Shown here in pieces: positions 49,787-58,081 of a stretch of DNA of 64,000 bases. The stretch spans positions 2,512 to 66,511 of the forward strand of contig DATHJB010000239.1 of NCBI GenBank assembly GCA_035316325.1. The letters are read 5' to 3'. Position 1 is the first letter of the stretch. The number at the start of each line of letters is the position of its first letter. A program made the position numbers and the translations under genes. The notes beneath the pieces are model-generated. The model did no database searches. It saw only the letters and a list, made by a program, of their open reading frames with translations, and was not told the DNA's origin. The stretch comes from Acidimicrobiales bacterium. Lineage in GTDB: Bacteria; Actinomycetota; Acidimicrobiia; Acidimicrobiales; VFJN01.

Positions 49787-51583
49787 ATGGCGTACTACCT
49801 GGGGATCGACCTCGGGACCACGTACACCGCGGCGGCGGTGTGGCGCGACGGGCGGGTCGAGATGGCGAACCTGGGGACGCGGGCGGCGGTGGTGCCGTCG
49901 GTGGTCCTCCTGCGCGACGACGGCACGATCCTCACCGGCGAGGCGGCCGAGCGGCGGGCAGTCACCGAGCCGCTGCGGGTCGCCCGTGAGTTCAAGCGTC
50001 GGGTGGGCGACCCGACGCCGATCATCGTCGGTGGCACCCCCTACTCGGCCGACGCGCTGACCGCCCGGCTGCTGCGCTGGGTGGTGTCGGCGGTGGTGGA
50101 GCGGGAGGGCGAGCCGCCGGCCGGCGTCGTGGTGTCGCACCCCGCCAACTGGGGGCCGTTCAAGCAGGACCTCCTCGGGCAGGCGATGCGCCAGGCCGAC
50201 CTGTCGGGGGCCTCCACCATCACCGAGCCCGAGGCCGCTGCCATCCACTACGCCTCGCAGGCGCGGGTGGAGCCGGGCGCGGTCGTCGCCGTCTACGACC
50301 TGGGCGGCGGCACGTTCGACGCCGCCGTGCTGCGGCGGGGCGCCACCGGCTGGGAGATCCTGGGCGAGCCCGAGGGGATCGAGCGGCTGGGCGGCATCGA
50401 CTTCGACCAGGCCGTGTTCCACCACGTCCAGGCCACCGTCGGCGAGGCCATCGAGGCGCTCGACCCCGACGACCCGGCCGCGGTGGCGGCGCTGGCCCGG
50501 CTGCGGCGGGAGTGCGTCGAGGCCAAGGAGGCCCTGGCCACCGACGTCGACGTGGTGATCCCGGTGCTGCTGCCCACGATCCAGACCGACGTGCGGCTCA
50601 CCCGGTCCGAGTTCGAGGCGATGATCCGACCGACGTTGATCGACTCGATCGACGCGCTGCGCCGGGCGCTGCGGTCGGCGAGCGTGGGGCCGGACGACGT
50701 GGCGACGGTGCTGCTGGTGGGCGGCTCGTCGCGCATCCCGTTGGTGGCGCAGCTGGTGGGCTCCGAGCTGGGGCGGCCGGTCGCCGTCGACGCCCACCCG
50801 AAGCACGGCGTGGCCCTGGGCGCCGCCATCATCGCCGCCGAGCAGGGCACGGGCGGCCGGGTCGACACCGAGGTCGTCCCCGCGATCGACGCCGTGCCCC
50901 CGCCGCTCCCGGTCGAGCCCGAGCCGGTCCCCGTGGTTCCGGTGGTCCCGGTGGTCGCGGCCGCGCTGCCCCCGCCGCCCGTAGCCGCAGCGGTGCCGCC
51001 ACCGCCACCAACTCCGGTGTCACCGCCGGCGCCACCCGTCGAGCCGCCGCGCCCACCGGCCGGTGAGGAGCGGGGCCGGCGGACGGGGTTGCTGGTCGCG
51101 TCGGCGGTGCTCGCGGTCGCCTGCGTCGTCGGCATCGCGCTGGTGCTGAGCAGCGGCGGCGATGATGACGACGACCCGGCGGTCGCGTCGGCCGCGCCGG
51201 ATACCACCACCACATCGTCCACCAGCACCACGACGACCACCTCCGCCCCGCCGCCGTCGGGGCCGTCGATCGCCATCGATGCCGTGCGCGTCGAGGGTGA
51301 CTCCTACCGGGTCGACTACACGATCTACGGCTACGTGCCCGACCAGGCCGACCCCGAGGCCCTGCACACCCACTTCTTCCTCGACACCACCACGTCGGCG
51401 AACGCCGGCACCAACGGCAGCCCGCCGGGCGACTGGTACCTCACCTACGAGTCGGGCTCGGTCCTCACCGACTACGGCCCCGCCGACCGGGGCAGCGCCA
51501 CCCAGATGTGCTCCGTGGTGGCCGACAGCGGCCACGGCGTGGTCGACCCCGCGTCCGGGAACTGCGTCCCGCTGCCCTACTGA
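49787..51583 (+). CDS. Hsp70-family ATPase fused to a Pro-rich linker, one TM helix and a C-terminal extracytoplasmic domain
   Basis: GIDLGTTYT and VYDLGGGTFDAAVL actin-fold motifs, then a P-rich stretch, then the TM helix LLVASAVLAVACVVGIALVL, then a Thr/Ser-rich region and a terminal domain of about 100 aa. Confidence 0.8.
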   Translation: MAYYLGIDLGTTYTAAAVWRDGRVEMANLGTRAAVVPSVVLLRDDGTILTGEAAERRAVTEPLRVAREFKRRVGDPTPIIVGGTPYSADALTARLLRWVVSAVVEREGEPPAGVVVSHPANWGPFKQDLLGQAMRQADLSGASTITEPEAAAIHYASQARVEPGAVVAVYDLGGGTFDAAVLRRGATGWEILGEPEGIERLGGIDFDQAVFHHVQATVGEAIEALDPDDPAAVAALARLRRECVEAKEALATDVDVVIPVLLPTIQTDVRLTRSEFEAMIRPTLIDSIDALRRALRSASVGPDDVATVLLVGGSSRIPLVAQLVGSELGRPVAVDAHPKHGVALGAAIIAAEQGTGGRVDTEVVPAIDAVPPPLPVEPEPVPVVPVVPVVAAALPPPPVAAAVPPPPPTPVSPPAPPVEPPRPPAGEERGRRTGLLVASAVLAVACVVGIALVLSSGGDDDDDPAVASAAPDTTTTSSTSTTTTTSAPPPSGPSIAIDAVRVEGDSYRVDYTIYGYVPDQADPEALHTHFFLDTTTSANAGTNGSPPGDWYLTYESGSVLTDYGPADRGSATQMCSVVADSGHGVVDPASGNCVPLPY

Positions 51584-51603
51584 GCGTCGGGTAGACACGG
51601 GAA

Positions 51604-51963
51604 ATGACCGCACAGAAGGCGCAGATCACCTTCGGCAAGTTCCAGAACGTGGACGTGCGGGTCGCCCGCGTGGTGGCGGCGCCGCTGGCGGAGGGCACCC
51701 GGTTCGCCTCCCGGGTGCTCACGCTCGACGTCGGGCCGCTGGGGGAGCGGACGTCGGTCGCCCAGCTCGCACTGGTCGACGAGGCCGACCTGGTGGGCCG
51801 CAACGTGGTCGCCTGCGTGAACCTCGGCGTGCGGGAGCTGGGGCCCTACAAGTCGGAGTGCCTGACGCTCGGCACGCCCCATCCGGACAGCCCCGACGAC
51901 GAGTCGCAGGCTCTCCCGCTCTACGCCTCTGAACATGCCCGACCCGGTGACTCGGTCTACTGA
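51604..51963 (+). CDS. tRNA-binding domain protein (CsaA/EMAP-like OB fold)
   Basis: ...ITFGKFQNVDVRVARVVAA.........LTLDVG........SVAQL......LVGRNVVACVNL fits the pattern of the CsaA/tRNA_bind family. Confidence 0.7.
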   Translation: MTAQKAQITFGKFQNVDVRVARVVAAPLAEGTRFASRVLTLDVGPLGERTSVAQLALVDEADLVGRNVVACVNLGVRELGPYKSECLTLGTPHPDSPDDESQALPLYASEHARPGDSVY

Positions 51964-51969
51964 CAGCGT

Positions 51970-52014
51970 TCTTTGAAGGGAAACGCCCCTATACGGGTCG
52001 TTTTCCTTCAAAGA
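51970..52014. terminator. strong AT-richer hairpin (16-bp stem with one G.U, 13-nt loop CCCCTATACGGGT) between convergent genes
   Basis: TCTTTGAAGGGAAACG pairs with CGTTTTCCTTCAAAGA. It overlaps the last 8 codons and the TAG of the minus-strand gene. Confidence 0.5.
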
Positions 52015-53233
52015 CGAGGGTGAGGGTGGGGGCGAGGTCGCCCCGCGGCATGACCTCCACCCCGCCGTCGAGCCCCAGCCACGCCGCCATCCCGGCCAGC
52101 TCGGCCGCCAGCTCGTGGGCGATGCGCTCCCGCTCGGCGGCACCGTGGTCGCCCTCCAGCCACGTGGCCTGGGCCCGGAGCACTCCCGCCTTCCGGTCGG
52201 CCTTCAGGTCGACCCGCGCCACCAGCTCCTCGTCGAGCAGGAAGGGCAGCACGTAGTAGCCGTGGACCCGCTTGGGGGCCGGGGTGTAGATCTCGATCCG
52301 GTAGTGGAAGCCCCACAGGCGCTCGGTGCGTTGGCGCTCCCACACCAGCGAGTCGAACGGCGACAGCAGCGCCCGGTGTCGCATGCGGCGGCGCGGCAGG
52401 TGCGCCTCCGGGTGCAGGTAGGCGGGCTTGGCCCAACCCTCCACGCGGGCCGCCCGCAGGTGCCCGTCGGCCACCAGGCCATCCAGCAGGCCGGGTGCCA
52501 GGCGGAGCGGCTGCCGGTAGTAGTCGGCCAGGTCGCGGGCGGTGCCCACACCCACCGAGCGGGCCGCCACCAGCAGGAGCTCCCGCTGCGCCTCGGCGGT
52601 CGTGGGCGACTCCGCGGCCAGCACCGTGGCGGGGAGCCAACGCTCGGGTGCCATGTACACCCGGTCGAACTGCCTGCGGCGGGTGGCCGTCACCTGGCCG
52701 GTCCAGAACAGGTGCTCCATCACCCGCTTGCCGTCGCTCCAGCCCCACCAGCTGCTGCGCTTCTGGTCACCGGCCGCCGCCTCCAGCTCACCGACGCTGA
52801 CCGGCCCCCGGATGGCAACCTCGGCGAGGATGGCCTCGACCAGCCCCGGGTTGCCGTCGGCGGCCTCCCGCACGCCGCCCCAGGCGTGGTCGTCGGCCAT
52901 CCGCCAGCGGAACAGCGGGTGGCGCTCGACGGGGTGGAGCGACGCCTCGTGGCCCCAGTACTCGAACACCTCCCGGCTCGACCAGAGCCAGCGGGTGAGG
53001 GCGGCCCGGTCGTAGCTCCCGAGGCGGGCGAAGAACACCAGCTCGTGGCTGCGGGTGAGGACGTTCACCGAGTCGAGCTGCACGGTGGCGAGCTGGTCGA
53101 GCACCCGCCGGAAGTGGCGCCGGTCGACGCGCCCCGACGGTCGCTTGATGCCGAAGCCCTGCGCGGCCAAGGCGATCCGCCGCGCGTCGCGCGCCGAGAG
53201 CTCCACCACACCGTCGCCGTCCCACTCCGTCAC
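51989..53233 (-). CDS. winged-helix YcaQ/AlkZ-like protein (DUF1006; putative DNA crosslink-repair glycosylase family)
   Basis: ...LSARDARRIALAAQGF.........QLDSVNV..RSH.L.....RLG...........E.W.HEAS... fits the family pattern over its full length. Confidence 0.7.
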   Translation of the reverse strand: MTEWDGDGVVELSARDARRIALAAQGFGIKRPSGRVDRRHFRRVLDQLATVQLDSVNVLTRSHELVFFARLGSYDRAALTRWLWSSREVFEYWGHEASLHPVERHPLFRWRMADDHAWGGVREAADGNPGLVEAILAEVAIRGPVSVGELEAAAGDQKRSSWWGWSDGKRVMEHLFWTGQVTATRRRQFDRVYMAPERWLPATVLAAESPTTAEAQRELLLVAARSVGVGTARDLADYYRQPLRLAPGLLDGLVADGHLRAARVEGWAKPAYLHPEAHLPRRRMRHRALLSPFDSLVWERQRTERLWGFHYRIEIYTPAPKRVHGYYVLPFLLDEELVARVDLKADRKAGVLRAQATWLEGDHGAAERERIAHELAAELAGMAAWLGLDGGVEVMPRGDLAPTLTLVFEGKRPV

Positions 53234-53323
53234 GGCCGCTCACGCTACCGAGGTCGGGTGGCGGCTAACTTGACCCAGCTGTCAGATGCAGGTTCCACGA
53301 CCGGACGAGCCGGAGGTCGCGTG

Positions 53324-53524
53324 ATGGGATACCAGGTAGTGGTCGACTTCGACCTGTGTGAGAGCAACGCACGGTGCATGGAGGTCGCTCCCGAGGTCTT
53401 CGAGGTGCGCGACGACGACTTCCTGTACGTCCTCCAGGAGCGCCCGCCGGAGGAGCTGCGCGCCCAGGTGGAGGAGGCCGTGCGCCGCTGCCCCAAGGCC
53501 GCCATCTCCATCGCCGAGGACTGA
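53324..53524 (+). CDS. small [3Fe-4S]-type ferredoxin
   Basis: 66 aa. Contains VDFDLCESNARCMEVAPEVF...RRCPKAAI, a Cys-x5-Cys...Cys-Pro pattern. RBS CCGGAGG lies 6 nt upstream. Confidence 0.75.
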   Translation: MGYQVVVDFDLCESNARCMEVAPEVFEVRDDDFLYVLQERPPEELRAQVEEAVRRCPKAAISIAED

Positions 53525-53557
53525 GCCGAGCTGGTCGAACGGAGTCGAGCCGGGGCG

Positions 53558-54769
53558 ATGCGATCGATCGTCGTCGTCGGGGGGTCGCTGGCCGGGCTGC
53601 GGGCGGCGGAGGAGCTGCGGCTGCTGGGCTACGACGGCCGGCTGACGGTCGTCGGCGACGAGCCCCACCGGCCCTACGACCGGCCGCCGCTGTCGAAGCA
53701 GCTGCTGGCAGGGAAGTGGGAGCCGGACCAGATCGCCCTCACCGTGCAGGGCGACGAGGGGATCGACGGCCTCGACGTCGACTGGCGGCTGGGCGTGCGG
53801 GCCTCCGGGCTCGACCTCGCCGGCCGCTCCCTGACCCTGGGTGCGGGCGACGAGACCGGGACGCTGGGCTTCGACGGGCTGGTGATCGCCACCGGGGCGA
53901 CGCCGCGGACGCTGCCCACCGGCGGCCTCGACGGCATCCACACCCTCCGGACACTCGACGACTGCCTCGCCATCCGGGCGGTGCTCGACGCCACGCCCCG
54001 GCGGGTGGTGGTCGTGGGCGCCGGGTTCATCGGGGCCGAGGTGGCGGCCACCTGCCGTGAGCGGGGGCTCGACGTCACCCTGCTGGAGGCCCTGCCGGTG
54101 CCCATGGAGCGGGCGATCGGCGGCGAGATCGGGGCCCTGACCTGCGACGTCCACCGCGACCACGGCGTCGACGTGCGGCTCGGCGTCGGCGTCGACCGGT
54201 TCGACGGCGGTGCCCGGGTCGAGCGGGTCCACCTGGCCGACGGGTCCGCGATCGAGGCCGACGTCGTGGTCGTGGGCGTCGGCGTGGCGCCCAACACGGG
54301 CTGGTTGGAGGGGTCGGGCCTGGAGCTCGACAACGGCGTGGTCTGCGACGCCACCACCCTGGCCGCCCCGGGCGTGGTCGCGGCCGGCGACGTCGCCCGG
54401 TGGCCCAGCGCGCGCCTCGAGGGCCCGTTGCGGGTAGAGCATTGGGAGAACGCGGTCCAGATGGGCGAACACGCCGCGCGACGCCTGCTCGACGACGAAG
54501 CCCCGATGCCCTACGACCCCGTCCCCTGGTTCTGGTCCGACCAGTACGACCGCAAGATCCAGCTCTCCGGCTTCGCCGCGGGGGCGGACGAGATGCAGGT
54601 GGTCGACGGTTCGCTGGCCGAGCGGCGCTTCGCGGCGATCTACCGCCGCGGCGACCGCGTCGTCGGCGTGCTGGCGATGAACCGGCCCCGCCAGGTGGTC
54701 ACCTACCGACCCCTGGTCGAACGGGGTGCCCCCTGGGCGGAGGCGTTGGCGCTGGCCACCACGGGATGA
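53558..54769 (+). CDS. FAD-dependent ferredoxin--NAD(P)+ reductase (putidaredoxin-reductase-like)
   Basis: IVVVGGSLAGLRAAEELR (FAD), VVVVGAGFIGAEVA (NAD) and the C-terminal ...PWFWSDQYD... motif. Confidence 0.85.
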   Translation: MRSIVVVGGSLAGLRAAEELRLLGYDGRLTVVGDEPHRPYDRPPLSKQLLAGKWEPDQIALTVQGDEGIDGLDVDWRLGVRASGLDLAGRSLTLGAGDETGTLGFDGLVIATGATPRTLPTGGLDGIHTLRTLDDCLAIRAVLDATPRRVVVVGAGFIGAEVAATCRERGLDVTLLEALPVPMERAIGGEIGALTCDVHRDHGVDVRLGVGVDRFDGGARVERVHLADGSAIEADVVVVGVGVAPNTGWLEGSGLELDNGVVCDATTLAAPGVVAAGDVARWPSARLEGPLRVEHWENAVQMGEHAARRLLDDEAPMPYDPVPWFWSDQYDRKIQLSGFAAGADEMQVVDGSLAERRFAAIYRRGDRVVGVLAMNRPRQVVTYRPLVERGAPWAEALALATTG

Positions 54770-54776
54770 CCGAAAC

Positions 54777-55412
54777 GTGACGACGGGTGCCTATCTGCTG
54801 GTCGGGCTGGCGCTGGTGGCCGCGGTGGTCGACTGGATCTCCGTCGTCGACAAGGACCAGCAGCTCGAGTACCTGTGCAAGCCGCTGACGGTGGTGGTGC
54901 TGATCGGTGCCGCCCTGGCGCTGGATCCCGAGAGCGACGCCATGCGGACCTGGTTCGTGGCGGCGCTGGTGTTCTCGCTGGCCGGCGACGTGTTCCTGAT
55001 GCTGAAGGACCGCGACCTGTTCGTCTTCGGGCTGGGGTCGTTCCTGATGGCCCACCTGGCGTACGTGCTGGGGTTCCTGCAGGACGACCTCGGGGTGGTG
55101 CAGCTGGTCGGCGGCCTGGTGGTGGCGGGCGCGGCGGTGGGGCTCGTCGGCCTGCGGATCGTGAACGCGGCACAGGAGAAGACGCCCGACCTGGCCGTGC
55201 CGGTGATGGCCTACATGGGCGTGATCTCGCTGATGCTCGTGGTGGCGGTCGGGACGGGCGACGTGGTGGCGGTCGTCGGCGCCCTGCTGTTCTACGTGTC
55301 CGACGCCCTGATCGGCTGGACGCGGTTCGTCCGCGACTTCCCGTGGGCGCCGCTCGCCATCATCGTCACCTACCACCTGGCCCAGGTGGCGCTGGTCGTG
55401 TCGCTGGTGTGA
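54777..55412 (+). CDS. YhhN / lysoplasmalogenase family membrane protein
   Basis: About 8 TM segments with ...KPLTVVVL... , ...LVFSLAGDVFLM... and ...FLMAHLAYV.... GTG start at 54777. Confidence 0.7.
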   Translation: MTTGAYLLVGLALVAAVVDWISVVDKDQQLEYLCKPLTVVVLIGAALALDPESDAMRTWFVAALVFSLAGDVFLMLKDRDLFVFGLGSFLMAHLAYVLGFLQDDLGVVQLVGGLVVAGAAVGLVGLRIVNAAQEKTPDLAVPVMAYMGVISLMLVVAVGTGDVVAVVGALLFYVSDALIGWTRFVRDFPWAPLAIIVTYHLAQVALVVSLV

Positions 55413-55416
55413 CCGA

Positions 55417-55469
55417 CCGAAATTGCGTGGCTGGTGATCGCCAGAGGGCCGCCTGTCACGCAATTTCGG
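55417..55469. repeat. 53-nt palindromic repeat, copy B
   Basis: CCGAAATTGCGTGGCTGGTGATCGCCAGAGGGCCGCCTGTCACGCAATTTCGG forms a 13-bp perfect stem. Its first 20 nt match the reverse complement of copy A at 19/20. Its right arm overlaps the pepN 3' end. Confidence 0.75.
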
Positions 55470-57990
55470 CGGGGGCGCGTTCGGCCAGGGCGACCGTGAC
55501 CCACATGCGCTCGATGTGCTGGCGCACCTGCTGCTCGCCCTGGGGCACCGGGTGCTCGGCCAGGAACGACTCGGCGTGGCGGGCCGCGCTGGCCTCGCGC
55601 AGCGAGCGGACCCCCGACAGCAGCCGGGCGATGCTGTTGCTGGGGAAGCGCTCGTTCACCTCGCTCCAGTGGCTGGTGACGAACGCCCAGGCCGCGGCTC
55701 CGCTGTCGCGGTTGGTGATGGTGTCGCGCAGCAGGTAGGGGGCGTCCTGGCTGCGGACCTCGGCGGTGAGGCTGAGCGCCAGTGTGCGGCCGAGGAGCGC
55801 GGGGTCGCGGAAGCGGGCCAGGGCGTACATGAGGCGCTCGCGGTCCTGCGGGTTGTCGGCGGCGCGGTAGCCCTCGAGCAGGCGGTCGTACAGGGCGGCG
55901 TCGCCCAGGGTGGCGCCCACCGCCAGGGCCGCGGCAGCCAGGCTGGCCTCCACCGACCCGGGGTCGGTCAGGTAGGCGTCGAGGCGCTCGCGGCAGCGGG
56001 CGATGGCGGCTTCGTCGTCACCGACCAGGGCCGCGGTGCTGGTGAGGACGCCGCGGAGGGTGCGGGAGCGGTCGTCGTCGTCGGGGCGGACGTCGGGGCC
56101 GAGCCGCTCCAGCGCCGGCGTGACCAGGGCCCGGACCCGGGCCGAGAACGCCGCGCGGGCCTCGCCGTCGAGCACCCGCTCCAGGGAGCTCAGCCCAGCG
56201 GTGAGGCGCTCCCACACCGACAGGTCGGTCTCGTCGGTGAAGCTCTCGGCCAGGCGCAGGAACGACCCGGCGTCGACGGTGCCGGCCAGCACGGCCGCCC
56301 AGGTGTCGTCCACCAGGACGAAGCGCTCCAGCGCGGTCAGCTCGTCGCGGCGCTCGACCAGGCGGTCGCGCAGCTCGTCGCTGTAGCGGACCCGGTAGAA
56401 GCCGTTGGCGCCCAGGTTGGCGTTCACCCACTCGACGCCGCCGGGCAGCTCCACCCGGTCGCTGTCGCCGTCGAGCAGCACCTTCACGGGGTCGCCGCCG
56501 GCGCCGGTGCCGACGACCACCGGGACCGCCCACTGCTGGTCCTCGGTGGCCGGGGTGTAGGTGAAGCGCCGCTGGGTCAGCGACAGGGTGTCACCTTCGA
56601 GCGACACCGCCACCTCGGGGTAGCCGCCCTGGAAGATCCACGTGTCGGCGATGCGGCGCACCGGCTCGCCGGTCTCCTCCTCGAGGGCGTCCCACAGGTC
56701 GGTGGTCTCGGTGTTGCCGAACTGGTGGCGGGCCATGTAGCGGCGCAGCCCGGCCCGGAACCGCTCCTCGCCCAGGTACTGCTCCAGCATGCGGACCACC
56801 GACGCGCCCTTCTCGTAGGTGAGCACGTCGAACATGCCCTCCGCCTCCTCCGGGGAGACCACCGGGAACTCGATGGGGCGGGTGGTGAGCAGGGTGTCGG
56901 TGTCGAACGCCACCGAGCGGGAGAGGCCGAAGTCGACCCACCGCTGCCAGTCGGGGCGGAAGGCGTCGGTGGCCTTCATCTCCATGAACGTGGCGAAGGC
57001 CTCGTTGAGCCAGATGCCGTTCCACCACTTCATCGTCACCAGGTCGCCGAACCACATGTGGGCGATCTCGTGGGCGATCACGTCGACCACGGCCTGGCGC
57101 TCGGCCTGGGTGGCGGTGGCCGGGTCGATCAGCAGGAGCCGCTCCCGGAACGTGACGCAGCCGAGGTTCTCCATGGCGCCGAACGCGAAGTCGGGGATGG
57201 CCACCAGGTCGAGCTTGTCGCCCTGGTAGTCGATGTCGAACCACTCGGTGAAGTAGCGCAGGCAGAAGGCGCCGACCTCGAGGGCGAACGGCGTGAGGGC
57301 GCCCTTGCCGGGCGGGTGGACGACCCGAAGCGGGGTGCCGTCGGCGTCGACCGCCGCGGTGGCCTCCAGCGGCCCGACCACGAAGGCGACGAGGTACGTC
57401 GACATCGACATGGTGTCGGCGAAGCGGACCGCCACCCGGCCGCGGTCGTGGGGCTCCCGGCCGACCTCGGCGGCGTTGGAGATGGCCAGCAGGTCCTCGT
57501 CGACCACCAGGGTGACCCCGAAGACGGCCTTGAAGTCGGGCTCGTCCCAGCACGGGAAGGCCCGGCGGGCGTCGGTGGCCTCCATCTGGGTGGTGGCGAG
57601 GACGAGCTCGTTGCCGTCGTCGTCCTTGAACGTCGACCGGTAGAAGCCGTGGAGCTTGTCGTTGAGGATGCCCCGGAAGGCGATGTGGACGGTGGCGGGG
57701 CCGGCAGGGATCTCCTCGTCCAGCAGGAGCGTGGCCCGCTCGGCCTTCTCGTCCAGCTCGACCCGGGCCTCCAGCCGGCGGCCGTCGGGCAGCTCGACCG
57801 CGGCCTCGTCCAGCTCCAGCTCGATGGCGTTGAGGACCACCGTGTCGGTCGGCTCGACCACCTCGACCGCGACGGCGACGGTCCCGGCGAACGCCGCCGC
57901 CGGCAGATCGGGTTCGAGGACCAGCTCGTAGCGGCTCGGGACGATCGTGCGGGGCAGGCGGTACGGGTTCTCGTCGATGAGGTCGGCCAC
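55456..57990 (-). CDS. pepN: aminopeptidase N (M1 family)
   Basis: FGAMENLG exopeptidase motif and HEIAHMWFGDLVTMKWWNGIWLNEAFA zinc-binding motif. 844 aa. Confidence 0.9.
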   Translation of the reverse strand: MADLIDENPYRLPRTIVPSRYELVLEPDLPAAAFAGTVAVAVEVVEPTDTVVLNAIELELDEAAVELPDGRRLEARVELDEKAERATLLLDEEIPAGPATVHIAFRGILNDKLHGFYRSTFKDDDGNELVLATTQMEATDARRAFPCWDEPDFKAVFGVTLVVDEDLLAISNAAEVGREPHDRGRVAVRFADTMSMSTYLVAFVVGPLEATAAVDADGTPLRVVHPPGKGALTPFALEVGAFCLRYFTEWFDIDYQGDKLDLVAIPDFAFGAMENLGCVTFRERLLLIDPATATQAERQAVVDVIAHEIAHMWFGDLVTMKWWNGIWLNEAFATFMEMKATDAFRPDWQRWVDFGLSRSVAFDTDTLLTTRPIEFPVVSPEEAEGMFDVLTYEKGASVVRMLEQYLGEERFRAGLRRYMARHQFGNTETTDLWDALEEETGEPVRRIADTWIFQGGYPEVAVSLEGDTLSLTQRRFTYTPATEDQQWAVPVVVGTGAGGDPVKVLLDGDSDRVELPGGVEWVNANLGANGFYRVRYSDELRDRLVERRDELTALERFVLVDDTWAAVLAGTVDAGSFLRLAESFTDETDLSVWERLTAGLSSLERVLDGEARAAFSARVRALVTPALERLGPDVRPDDDDRSRTLRGVLTSTAALVGDDEAAIARCRERLDAYLTDPGSVEASLAAAALAVGATLGDAALYDRLLEGYRAADNPQDRERLMYALARFRDPALLGRTLALSLTAEVRSQDAPYLLRDTITNRDSGAAAWAFVTSHWSEVNERFPSNSIARLLSGVRSLREASAARHAESFLAEHPVPQGEQQVRQHIERMWVTVALAERAPAEIA

Positions 57991-58081
57991 GTCGGAACGC
58001 TACAACGGGTCCCGGACGGCCCGGCACCGAAGTGTGGAGTCGGGTGAGACGAGCTTTGTACCGGCCAGTAACGTGCCCCGG

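Noticed and set aside
36754-55469. Could the palindromic repeats be a CRISPR array?
   Set aside because: The copies are kilobases apart and separated by ordinary genes. They are not regularly spaced and no cas genes are present. They are dispersed REP/MITE-like elements, not a CRISPR array.
55516-58047. 843-aa plus-strand ORF, and 56591..59050 (-, 819 aa), overlapping pepN and the kinase gene
   Set aside because: pepN (minus strand, 55456..57990) carries the GAMEN and HEXXH-E motifs. The alternatives are low-complexity shadow frames.
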